A stretch of 55,573 bases of DNA, filler included, from a bacterium (GTDB lineage Bacteria; JAMOTN01): the NCBI GenBank assembly GCA_027062325.1. It is 3 parts of 3 records of this genome, joined end to end, with 100 filler letters (N's around TTAATTAATTAA, not from the genome) between each part and the next. Parts side by side here need not be neighbours in the genome. Positions count along the whole stretch, not along the records: positions 1 to 20,465 come from JAMOTN010000069.1; 2 more parts are not named here. One strand, given 5' to 3'. The notes under the pieces were generated by a model. The model searched no databases. It worked only from the letters and a program-made list of their open reading frames with translations, and was not told the DNA's origin. Position numbers and translations under genes: made by a program. How positions within the stretch are numbered: position 1 is the stretch's first letter; every line of letters begins with the position of its first letter. Positions 1 to 8,369 of this stretch are shown here, one piece after another.

Positions 1-2
1 AG

Positions 3-3000
3 ATTACGATTGGGGGTCAGGATTATTTTCAACTTGCTATTCCTGTTGGTAATGATGTGACAATTGGATTGGAGAATCCTCCCAAAGAGGACGATGCTAA
101 TCCTATGTTGAATGCTAATCATAAGGAACTTGGTGTTGATCTCAACTCTGATGGAAACATATCGGCTTTACCGAATACTGCAATTGTGAAAAAAGTTGAT
201 ATTACGAGTGATGGAGTGCCAGATTTTTGGTCAATAGCTTTTAGATATGAGATTTACTATAGAGAAAAGGACAAGACAATCAAACTTGCAGATGTGTACT
301 GTACTCCTACTACTTATACTACTGCTGGAGCAAAAAGTAGTAAAACTATGCAGTGGGTGGTTCAGTTTTACAATCCTAGTACCGGAGCACCTCAAGGGGG
401 ACCCATCGTCAATTCTACTGTAAAAAAGAACGGAACGAATACTTCTGATCCTACAGCTCCGGGAGAATTAGAAGGAATTTCATGGACTTCCTCTGCCCCT
501 AATCCGCTTTCTATTCAGGTTAAAGATGCAATAGCATCTCAGCTTTCGGTGAAGTTTTTAAAAGGTGGTATATACGAGATAAGAGGATTTGTTGAATATT
601 TGAAGTTGGACACTAATGCTATTAATAACTACTTAAATACGAATGTTGGTACTACAATTGCTACTTTAAATTCCCAAATATATAGTCAAATTAAGAGTTT
701 GATTCGATATGTTGATGGTAAATCCTCTACTACTGGGACAGTTCCTAGCCCGGCATTTGTAAAGTTAGTTTCTAAACCGCTGGATCACCGCATACTTGTA
801 AAGGTTGGTTACGATGTTTATCCAACGCCTCCTTACATAGAAAACATGAAGTTAACCTACACTGGTCCGAATCCTGTAGATGAAGATACCGATATTGGAG
901 GTAAATTTATCATCGAGTTTGATATGCAAATGGTTGCAGGAGAAGGCACAGTTTTAACTTCAAATTATACCAGTTGGACGAAGGTAAAACCGGGAATTGG
1001 TTGTTTTGCCTACAAGGATTTTAGAGATGGAAAGGGAATAAAGATGAGTTCTATCACGGCACAACCAAATAACTATGCGGGGCTATGGCAGGCAAATGAT
1101 AAGAGAAATGATGGAACTCCTGGACCGTATGGAACAAATGGTGGTGGAACTTCTGTTTACGATCAGGAAAGTAGAGTTAATGATCTTCAAGGTAAAGATA
1201 GGTACATTGTTCACTGGTTCTTAGTGTTTACTCCAATTTTGAGTAATGCCGGTTTAATTTCCACAGATCCTGCTAACAAGATTATGTTTTCTGAGTATCA
1301 AGTTGAGCAATTTACAAAGGGCAAGATGGGAACATCTGTTGGTTGTTGGGAAGGATGGAAATCAAAGGGAAGTGCAATGGACCCGTCTGCTCCAATGATA
1401 CTTTATGGAGATTTGAGAGATGCTCAAATAACTGCAGGTTCTCAGAATGGAAAGTTCCATGTAAAGATAACTGTGGATGGACCATTTAGATTCTTAGTTC
1501 CGGGACAATACATAGTTCGCTTTGGTCTGGTTTATCCAACTTTAAAGTGGGTTGATGGTTCTGAGGGAACTTATAAAAATCTAGTGCCTGATAAGATTAT
1601 GATTGCAGATCCTGATTTATATAGTAATGCTTCTAGCTGGTTTGGAACTAATAAAGTTCAGCAGATTAGCTTGTCTGATGAAAATGGAACGAATCCCAGT
1701 GGTCAGGTACTTATAACTGTGAATGACAAGACACCACCAGAGCTTATAAAGTTTGATGTTGCTGATAATATGACGACGGGAGATATTTATCCGGGACCGG
1801 TTACTATTAGAATAAGAGAGAATTACGTTGATTATATGCCACCTACTAATTTTGTACCAACTATAGGATTCTTTACAAGTAATGATCCGAGTTTCTCAAG
1901 CAGTAGTTATGATAATCCGCCTGCTAAAATTGATCAGCCGGATTACTTTGTAGATTATGGTGGTAAGAAGTGGGTAAGTGTGATTCAAACTGTAGGAGGA
2001 ATAGCGACACAGGAAGCTATAAAGATGGCTTTATTTGATGGGACAATGAACAAACCTAATCCTTACAATCATTACATATGGAGAGAGTTTGAGTGGACTT
2101 ATCGGTATACAGGTGGAGCAACAGGCGTTGGCGGAGGAAAAAGCTTTAGATTTGGAGACAAAGATAGGGTCGCGTATGTTACGGCGGGATTGCAATTCAA
2201 CGGTTTGAAGCTTGGAGATACGATTGGAGATCCAAATGGTACAATTGATATAAATTCTTCGATTCAAAGTAAGTCGCTTTACAAGTCAACGTTTGTTGAT
2301 TGGGATAGGAGAGGTACTCCGCCGGTTGGAACGATTACAATTGATCCAAATACTTATCCGTCATTGCCAACTCTTGTTCCCGGCACCCGGGAAGTCAAAA
2401 AACTTGGATGGAAGCCTTTGATACGCAAGTTTACAGTTTACGATAACGATCCTGCAGCTTTTGGAATAAAGTTCTTTAGTTATGCTTCTATGAAAAGTGT
2501 TAGCATAGAAGTAAAGTTTGGTAGTTCTGCTCGTGATATATTTGAGTACGATGGAAGTGCAATTCCAGAAAAAAGAGACTTGTTGGGTAAAGTAACTATT
2601 AGGACAATTGGTGCTATAGGACCAAATTGGACAGATATAACTAGCTATTCTAGTGAAGTAATAGAACCTGATCCTGCTATGGAGCCTTTGTTTGTGGGTA
2701 GTAGTTGGGGAGCTTATACCTCTGCAGGAGGCACTGTTGAGGAGAGCATAGACTTGACAGATACAACTGAGACTGATACTTTGATTCCGGCAGATGTCTT
2801 ATTATTTGTCAGGTATGCCAAAACACGTGTAGAGATTCCTGCTGATGCTTTTGAGGATAATATTACGACGTTTACTGACGTTCAAACTGGTGCTGAGCAT
2901 GCGAGTATTAGTGTAAAATTCATTCCTGCAAACGTGTTTAGAATTTACAATCCTTATATTTCAGCAAAGGCTTATTATATGACAGTGTTGCCTGTGGCAA

Positions 3001-3140
3001 CGTGTGAGATTGGGACCATTGAGGTGAAGGCTGTTGATAAGCAAGGAAATGTTAGAAGAGTTTTTGTGCCGTTTAAAGTAGTGCCAGCTCTTCAGCAAAA
3101 TACGATCTACAACATCCAAGGAGGAAGAAATAGTAGGTAG
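3..3140 (+). CDS. Very large secreted/surface protein with probable Ig-like modules (5' truncated by window edge)
   Basis: The frame is open from base 3 (ITIGGQDYFQ...), so GTG57 is probably internal. Rich in T/G/P/D/N beta-strand sequence, with module boundaries ITVNDKTPP and FTVYDNDP, a C-terminal VKAVDKQGN motif, and DLNSDG/DITSDG Ca-loop-like motifs. Confidence 0.6.
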   Translation: MTIGGQDYFQLAIPVGNDVTIGLENPPKEDDANPMLNANHKELGVDLNSDGNISALPNTAIVKKVDITSDGVPDFWSIAFRYEIYYREKDKTIKLADVYCTPTTYTTAGAKSSKTMQWVVQFYNPSTGAPQGGPIVNSTVKKNGTNTSDPTAPGELEGISWTSSAPNPLSIQVKDAIASQLSVKFLKGGIYEIRGFVEYLKLDTNAINNYLNTNVGTTIATLNSQIYSQIKSLIRYVDGKSSTTGTVPSPAFVKLVSKPLDHRILVKVGYDVYPTPPYIENMKLTYTGPNPVDEDTDIGGKFIIEFDMQMVAGEGTVLTSNYTSWTKVKPGIGCFAYKDFRDGKGIKMSSITAQPNNYAGLWQANDKRNDGTPGPYGTNGGGTSVYDQESRVNDLQGKDRYIVHWFLVFTPILSNAGLISTDPANKIMFSEYQVEQFTKGKMGTSVGCWEGWKSKGSAMDPSAPMILYGDLRDAQITAGSQNGKFHVKITVDGPFRFLVPGQYIVRFGLVYPTLKWVDGSEGTYKNLVPDKIMIADPDLYSNASSWFGTNKVQQISLSDENGTNPSGQVLITVNDKTPPELIKFDVADNMTTGDIYPGPVTIRIRENYVDYMPPTNFVPTIGFFTSNDPSFSSSSYDNPPAKIDQPDYFVDYGGKKWVSVIQTVGGIATQEAIKMALFDGTMNKPNPYNHYIWREFEWTYRYTGGATGVGGGKSFRFGDKDRVAYVTAGLQFNGLKLGDTIGDPNGTIDINSSIQSKSLYKSTFVDWDRRGTPPVGTITIDPNTYPSLPTLVPGTREVKKLGWKPLIRKFTVYDNDPAAFGIKFFSYASMKSVSIEVKFGSSARDIFEYDGSAIPEKRDLLGKVTIRTIGAIGPNWTDITSYSSEVIEPDPAMEPLFVGSSWGAYTSAGGTVEESIDLTDTTETDTLIPADVLLFVRYAKTRVEIPADAFEDNITTFTDVQTGAEHASISVKFIPANVFRIYNPYISAKAYYMTVLPVATCEIGTIEVKAVDKQGNVRRVFVPFKVVPALQQNTIYNIQGGRNSR

Positions 3141-3160
3141 TAGATGTAAAATTTGATATG

Positions 3161-3210
3161 AAAAAGCCACCTTAAAAATTAAGGCGGCCATTGAGGCCGC
3201 CTTTGCTTTT
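3161..3210. terminator. Overlapping intrinsic terminators for the convergent large ORF and tRNA
   Basis: Plus strand: AAGGCGGCC-attga-GGCCGCCTT followed by TGCTTTT. Minus strand: GCCGCCTTA-atttt-TAAGGTGGC followed by TTTTT. Confidence 0.75.
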
Positions 3211-3217
3211 CATAAAA

Positions 3218-3290
3218 AGCGGGCGACGGGACTCGAACCCGCGACCCTCAGCTTGGGAAGCTGATGCTCTACCAACTGAGCTACGCCCGC
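3218..3290 (-). tRNA. tRNA-Gly (anticodon CCC), CCA end not encoded
   Basis: Reverse complement GCGGGCGTAGCTCAGTTGGTAGAGCATCAGCTTCCCAAGCTGAGGGTCGCGGGTTCGAGTCCCGTCGCCCGCT folds as a cloverleaf. Anticodon loop is TTCCCAA, T-loop GTTCGAG, discriminator U73. Confidence 0.97.
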
Positions 3291-3324
3291 TTGAGCTTAA
3301 ATCTATGTATAAAACCCACTTACA

Positions 3325-3354
3325 ATTGTAAAAAAAGTATTTCTTTGGTGTCAA
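3325..3354 (-). promoter_or_regulatory. Sigma70-type promoter for tRNA-Gly
   Basis: Minus strand TTGACA-N18-TACAAT; the -10 element ends about 35 nt upstream of the tRNA 5' end. Confidence 0.7.
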
Positions 3355-3710
3355 CATGGAGATGTTAGAAAAGACATTTGGAGTTTGGGTGGTGTGATAC
3401 AGAGGAGGGATGATTTATTAAAATAGTAATGCTAAAGGTGAAATAATGATGTCTAATGCAATGTAATAGAGGGCGATTCTAAAATACGATAAAAACAATA
3501 AGAAATGCAGGTGAGAAGGAGAGATTAAACGTGATCATTGTTTGATAGCAGGTGGTCAATTTTGACACACGATACCTAATTTTTATTAAAATAATATTGC
3601 GAGGGTAGAATAAAGATATGGGAAAGACTCGAAACGTTTAGAATGGTGAAAGATAATTACTCCGAGAGAAGTAAGGAGTAGCCCAGAAGAATGGAGGAGG
3701 GGTGAGGAGT

Positions 3711-4922
3711 ATGAAGAAGGTAGCTTTGTTGTTGGTGTTGTTGATGGTTGGTGCAGGATTTGCTGCTACTGCAGAATGGACATTCATGGTATTGGTCAAT
3801 GGAGACAACAACTTGGAGAAGTTTGGTTATGATGACATTGATGAGATGGAGAAAGTAGGTAGCACTGACAAAGTCAACATTGTTGTAATGTTTGATCGTG
3901 CAAATGGTTACTACACTGGTGATGGCGATTGGAAAGGTGCAAAGATCTTCCACATTCAGAAAGGTGACAAGCCATTTGTCATTGAGTCCACTCTTTTGAA
4001 GGACCTGGGAGAAGTTGACTGTGGAAATTGGCACACAGTAGTCGACTTTGTAAAATTTGCTGCAAAGAAGTTTCCAGCAAAGAAGTACGCTTTGATTATC
4101 TGGAATCATGGTGGCGGTTGGAAAAAGAAAGAGGAAGTAAATGTCACCAAAGGATTGTCCTATGATGATGAGAGTGGAAATCACATCAGCACTTGGGAAA
4201 TGGCAGACATGATGAAAGCAATAGATGATGTTTTGGGTAAGAAGTTGGATCTTTTTGGAATGGATGCTTGCTTGATGGGAGCAATTGAGGTAGCATACGA
4301 GATTAAAGATTATGTAGATGTAATGGTTGCAAGTGAGAAAACTGAACCAGGAGATGGATGGCCATACGATGATTTCCTTGCACCATTTGTAGCAAAGCCA
4401 GAGATGGATGCAAAGGAACTTGGAGTTTTGATTGCTAAGAAGTATGTTGAGTCTTATGATGGTGGAAGCCAGGGTAATAGTGCTGCAACTCAGGCGGCAA
4501 TTGATCTTGCAAAAATGGTTGAGTTGAGAAAAGCACTTGATGTTTTTGCTGAGGCTGTAATGAACGATCCTAACAAGGCAGCACTTCAGAGAAGTATGAA
4601 GAATGCTTATGGATTCGGCGGATGGTTCTCTTCTGATTACAAGGATATTGCAGCTTTGGTTGATGCTGCTGCTTCTACCGCTTCTGCAAGCAAGGCAGTA
4701 AAAGAGGCAGCAGAAAAGGTAAAGGTAGCATTAAAGGATGCTGTATTGTGGGCTGGAGAGACCAGACGCTTGGGACATAAGACTTGTGGTTTGACCATTT
4801 GGTTCCCAGGAAATTCTTCCGGAAGTATGACAAATTATGCCAAGATCAAACTTGCTAAGGATGGTAAGTGGGACGATATGCTCCATTACCTCTACGGTAA
4901 GAAGATTGAGATGGAAGAATAA
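3711..4922 (+). CDS. Secreted clostripain-family (C11) cysteine peptidase
   Basis: Signal peptide MKKVALLLVLL...AFA. Motifs WTFMV..NGDNNLE, WNHGGG (catalytic His), DACLM (catalytic Cys) and ASE..PG.GW.Y. GAGGAG lies upstream of ATG3711. Confidence 0.9.
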   Translation: MKKVALLLVLLMVGAGFAATAEWTFMVLVNGDNNLEKFGYDDIDEMEKVGSTDKVNIVVMFDRANGYYTGDGDWKGAKIFHIQKGDKPFVIESTLLKDLGEVDCGNWHTVVDFVKFAAKKFPAKKYALIIWNHGGGWKKKEEVNVTKGLSYDDESGNHISTWEMADMMKAIDDVLGKKLDLFGMDACLMGAIEVAYEIKDYVDVMVASEKTEPGDGWPYDDFLAPFVAKPEMDAKELGVLIAKKYVESYDGGSQGNSAATQAAIDLAKMVELRKALDVFAEAVMNDPNKAALQRSMKNAYGFGGWFSSDYKDIAALVDAAASTASASKAVKEAAEKVKVALKDAVLWAGETRRLGHKTCGLTIWFPGNSSGSMTNYAKIKLAKDGKWDDMLHYLYGKKIEMEE

Positions 4923-4949
4923 ATGATTTGTATAGTATTTAAAGTGCTA

Positions 4950-4987
4950 AAGGGGTCGGTCGATTGGCCGGCCCTTTTGTTTTTTTT
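4950..4987 (+). terminator. Intrinsic terminator after the peptidase
   Basis: GGGTCGGTC-gatt-GGCCGGCCC hairpin (with G-U pairs) followed by TTTTGTTTTTTTT. Confidence 0.85.
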
Positions 4988-5055
4988 GTTAAAATTTACT
5001 TGTAATTTAAAACATTTTTAGCTTTTATTCAGCAATTACTCGGGGAGGCTATTTA

Positions 5056-6441
5056 ATGAAGTTTAGTAATAAGAATGTGGACAGTGATAATTTGAGCTCT
5101 GAAAAAAAATCTGTGACTGGGCAAAATTATGCTGATGAAAGTTCTAGTGCTGGTTATTATAGGCGGCGTCGAGGAATTCTTTGGTTTTTCCCGTTCAATG
5201 TCATAACCTTGGCTTTGATTGTTTATCTTGTTTTTGCTTCTTTTGCTGCCTCTTCTCTCTTCAAAACTTATGAAGTAAATGGTTATATAAAAAAAGGTTC
5301 ATCTGTTAGGAAGGCTGTTTTTGAATTGGCAGGATTTGGTTGGTTTGGTTGGTTGAAGTTGAGAATGCTTGATTTTGTGATAGCTCATATGTCTTCAAAA
5401 GCGAAAAGATTTTTCTTAGAAACTATGTTGAGTATTAGCGAAGATGATTATGATTTTCCGGATTCTTTATATAAGAGACTCAACAGTCCACGTTTTTACA
5501 TGTGGCAAAATGGTGTGGGAATAATTCCAAAAGTGGTATATCCAAAAGTAGTAAAGGGAAAGTTTACATTGCTTGAATTATTTGATGAGATTTCCCAGAA
5601 ACCTCATGTGTATTTTCAAGTCCGTCTCACTCCAGGGCAGACTGTTGCAGAGTTTTGGAAAAGATTGGAAGAAAACTTGATGCAGGTAGGAGAAAAGAGT
5701 GGATTTCTTGCTCAATACATGCGGGATGAGAAAGTTGGTTTAAAAAAAGCTGTAGAGGATTACTTGAGAATTATGAAAAATAATTTAAAGAGTTTGTGGG
5801 AAGAGTACATTGCAGAGTTTGAAAAAAGGGGCTATAAAAAGCCCAAAATTGAGTTGAAAACTCTTGAAGGCTTGATATTGGCTGAAGATTATAAGTTTGA
5901 TAGTGAGTTGTATCCTGAAGAGAATGCTTACTATTTTTTTGAGGTATTTGTAAAAGAGCTTAAGGAAAGAAAGAATCAATTGAAGAATTTTGCTCAAAAA
6001 CATGGGTTAGATTTGTATCAAATTTTGACTTTAGCAAGCATAGTGGAAAAAGAGGCGACTGCAGGTGATAAAAGATTGGTAGCTTCTGTATTTTTGAATA
6101 GATTAGGCTACGGAATGAAATTGGAGTCTTGTGCCACTTTGAATTACATTTTGAAAAAGAAGAAAGTACATCTGACTTACAAAGATTTGAAAGCTGATTC
6201 TGAATACAACACTTATAGGCATGAAGGTTTGCCTCCGACTCCTATCTGTTGCTTTTCACTGGATACGTTAGATGCTGTTTTAAACGCTCCTAAAACTAAA
6301 TATTACTATTTTTTCACACCTGATGGGAAACGGCACCTCTTTTCTAGGACCTACAAAGAACACAGACGTAAGATAAAGAAATACGGAGTTTACGGCAGAG
6401 TGTATCAGCGTCAGCGAAAGGGTAATGAAGGGGATTGGTGA
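5056..6441 (+). CDS. mltG: Endolytic transglycosylase MltG (YceG-like)
   Basis: N-terminal TM helix; motifs LTLASIVEKEA (catalytic Glu), VASVFLNRL..GMKLESCAT, YNTY...GLPPTPI and HLFSRTYKEH. Confidence 0.9.
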   Translation: MKFSNKNVDSDNLSSEKKSVTGQNYADESSSAGYYRRRRGILWFFPFNVITLALIVYLVFASFAASSLFKTYEVNGYIKKGSSVRKAVFELAGFGWFGWLKLRMLDFVIAHMSSKAKRFFLETMLSISEDDYDFPDSLYKRLNSPRFYMWQNGVGIIPKVVYPKVVKGKFTLLELFDEISQKPHVYFQVRLTPGQTVAEFWKRLEENLMQVGEKSGFLAQYMRDEKVGLKKAVEDYLRIMKNNLKSLWEEYIAEFEKRGYKKPKIELKTLEGLILAEDYKFDSELYPEENAYYFFEVFVKELKERKNQLKNFAQKHGLDLYQILTLASIVEKEATAGDKRLVASVFLNRLGYGMKLESCATLNYILKKKKVHLTYKDLKADSEYNTYRHEGLPPTPICCFSLDTLDAVLNAPKTKYYYFFTPDGKRHLFSRTYKEHRRKIKKYGVYGRVYQRQRKGNEGDW

Positions 6442-6480
6442 TATACGTTAAAATTTGTGCGGATAAAGAGAGGGGTGGCG

Positions 6481-7179
6481 ATGAACTTATCTAAGTTTAT
6501 AGGACTTTTATCTTTATTTTCATTGTTATTCTTGCTTTCATGTGCTTCTGGAGATAATAATGATGTTGTGATGGTGGGAAGCTTGATAAAACCTCCTGTT
6601 GAGAAGTATTTGAATTCGCTTGGTTACAAGGTTGTTGGAAATGGCATGGGAATGATTGTGGCTGCAATAAATACAGGGCAGCACGTAGCAGCATGTTTGA
6701 TATCCGATGTGTATGTGGATCGTATTGATTATGAATATAGAAGAGAGGCAAGAATTTTTAAGTTAGCTTCTGTTCGTCTTGTTGTGTTTACTAAAAAGGG
6801 TTCAAGATTTGAGGAAGATGTAAAAAAAGGGGATATAGCAGCTTTAATTGAGAAAGGAGCTAAATTTAGTGTGCCGGCGTATCCTCAAACATTGGTAGGA
6901 GTGATGCTTCACAAAGCTGGAATTTATGACCGGCTAAAGAAAAAGGCACTATCATTTGAAAGCAAGGCAACGCTTGCTGTGCTGAAAGTTGAAGAAGAAT
7001 TGGTGGATATTGCTTTTGGAATGGAGCACTATGTGGCTAAGCAAAAGGATTTAGTGTGGTGTAATTTAAATGTTAGAATGCCACTTGTTTGGGTTTGTTG
7101 GGATGATAAGTTGGCTAATAAGAAGAAAGTTGATAAATTGCGGGAACTTTTAATTAAATATGGTTTGAAAAAGTTATGA
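6481..7179 (+). CDS. Divergent ModA-like periplasmic substrate-binding lipoprotein
   Basis: Lipobox LLSC; about 230 aa with a layout resembling molybdate/tungstate binding proteins (VMVGSL, GMGMIVAAINTG, LVVFTKKG, VDIAFG). Similarity judged by eye. Confidence 0.5.
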   Translation: MNLSKFIGLLSLFSLLFLLSCASGDNNDVVMVGSLIKPPVEKYLNSLGYKVVGNGMGMIVAAINTGQHVAACLISDVYVDRIDYEYRREARIFKLASVRLVVFTKKGSRFEEDVKKGDIAALIEKGAKFSVPAYPQTLVGVMLHKAGIYDRLKKKALSFESKATLAVLKVEEELVDIAFGMEHYVAKQKDLVWCNLNVRMPLVWVCWDDKLANKKKVDKLRELLIKYGLKKL

Positions 7180-7230
7180 GTAATAGTTGGATCAACTTGA
7201 TTGTAGGTGAGTATCACGGAGGTGTTGATA

Positions 7231-7740
7231 GTGAGAATTAATGTGTTGAGTGTACTACTTTTCCTATTAGTTTTGACAGTTGAATTTTCAGAGGCACGCC
7301 AGCCAAGTGTATTTAAAGCAGAGTTTATAAATACTCCTTATATTGTTAAAATACTTGGTTTGGATGAGGAAGAAAAAGAAGCAGTTTACTGGGTGGATAA
7401 TAAATATATTCCTCGTATAAAAGAGTTGAAAAGAGAAATAATAGCTCTTTACGTGCAGCTTAGAATTTTGACAGCTTCTGGTAAGTTGAAGGTTGAGGAG
7501 TTTGAAGCTATAAGAGAAAGGATTTTGCAGCTTGAGAGGATGTTTTGGGATTGGTTGTGGACTTATTATGCAGCTTATAGGAATGTTTTGGATGAGGAAA
7601 AGAGAAAAGAGTTTGACAAACTGATATATGCTCAGCTCAAAATGTATGGGGATCCGGATGAAATTTTGAAGAAGATGAGAAGATATGTGGAAGAGTATTT
7701 GGGAGAGGAAGGCGATAATTCTGAATCGGGTAATAAGTAG
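7231..7740 (+). CDS. Exported helical protein, Spy/CpxP-like
   Basis: Signal peptide ending SEA. LGLDEEE and VLDEEKR resemble the two LTxxQ-like ends flanking a long helical hairpin. GGAGG precedes GTG7231 (ORF track starts at 7207). Confidence 0.5.
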   Translation: MRINVLSVLLFLLVLTVEFSEARQPSVFKAEFINTPYIVKILGLDEEEKEAVYWVDNKYIPRIKELKREIIALYVQLRILTASGKLKVEEFEAIRERILQLERMFWDWLWTYYAAYRNVLDEEKRKEFDKLIYAQLKMYGDPDEILKKMRRYVEEYLGEEGDNSESGNK

Positions 7741-7782
7741 TTAAGATTGGGTGCGGATTTATTAGAAGTGATGTTTTAAGGA

Positions 7783-8274
7783 GTGATGATTTTGAGAAGA
7801 AGTGTGTATGCTCCACTTTTAGTGATTTCTATTGTTTTTTATTTGGCTTCTTTGTGGTATCACTCTCACATGGAGACAGTTGTTGCAGGGAAGGGGGCAA
7901 AGCTTGAAATATTTGCCTTTTCGCGTGAGAAGAGGTACTTAGTTGGAGTTTGCAGGCTATTAGTAGATGGAAAGAGTGAGATTGTGACAGGGAGGCTCTG
8001 GCTTAGGATATATGTGAGAGTTTCAGATGAAGAAGGAGATAAAGTTTTTAAGGTTTTTGATGCGGCAGCTGATGTTGGAAGATCTAGTTGGAAGGAGATG
8101 AGTATAGGAGTTTCAATTTTCAAGAAAAAGGGGAAATTTTTACCAATTGGAGAAATAGATATGAATCCGTATATTTTAGATGATAAAACTGAGTGGGTTG
8201 TAGATGTGGAGTTTGATACTAAAAAGTTTGGCAAACTGAAGAGTAGGGTGATAGTTGAGAATTTAAAGAGGTGA
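7783..8274 (+). CDS. Hypothetical membrane-anchored protein
   Basis: 163-aa ORF with an N-terminal TM helix and AGGAG upstream; no recognisable motif. Confidence 0.6.
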   Translation: MMILRRSVYAPLLVISIVFYLASLWYHSHMETVVAGKGAKLEIFAFSREKRYLVGVCRLLVDGKSEIVTGRLWLRIYVRVSDEEGDKVFKVFDAAADVGRSSWKEMSIGVSIFKKKGKFLPIGEIDMNPYILDDKTEWVVDVEFDTKKFGKLKSRVIVENLKR

Positions 8275-8369
8275 GGTTTTTTGATAAACTAAAACAGCAA
8301 AAGGGAAGAGTATAGATTTGAGCTTGTTTTTACTATATTGTGAGCTATGAAAGTAAGGAGGGGTGGAGA

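Noticed and set aside
3172-3357. 61-aa minus-strand ORF
   Set aside because: It is a translation of the tRNA-Gly gene and its flanks.
3658-3711. TACTCC able to pair with GGAGTA at 3675 or at the peptidase RBS/start, as a translational switch
   Set aside because: Only 6 bp in a purine-rich leader, with no recognisable riboswitch core.
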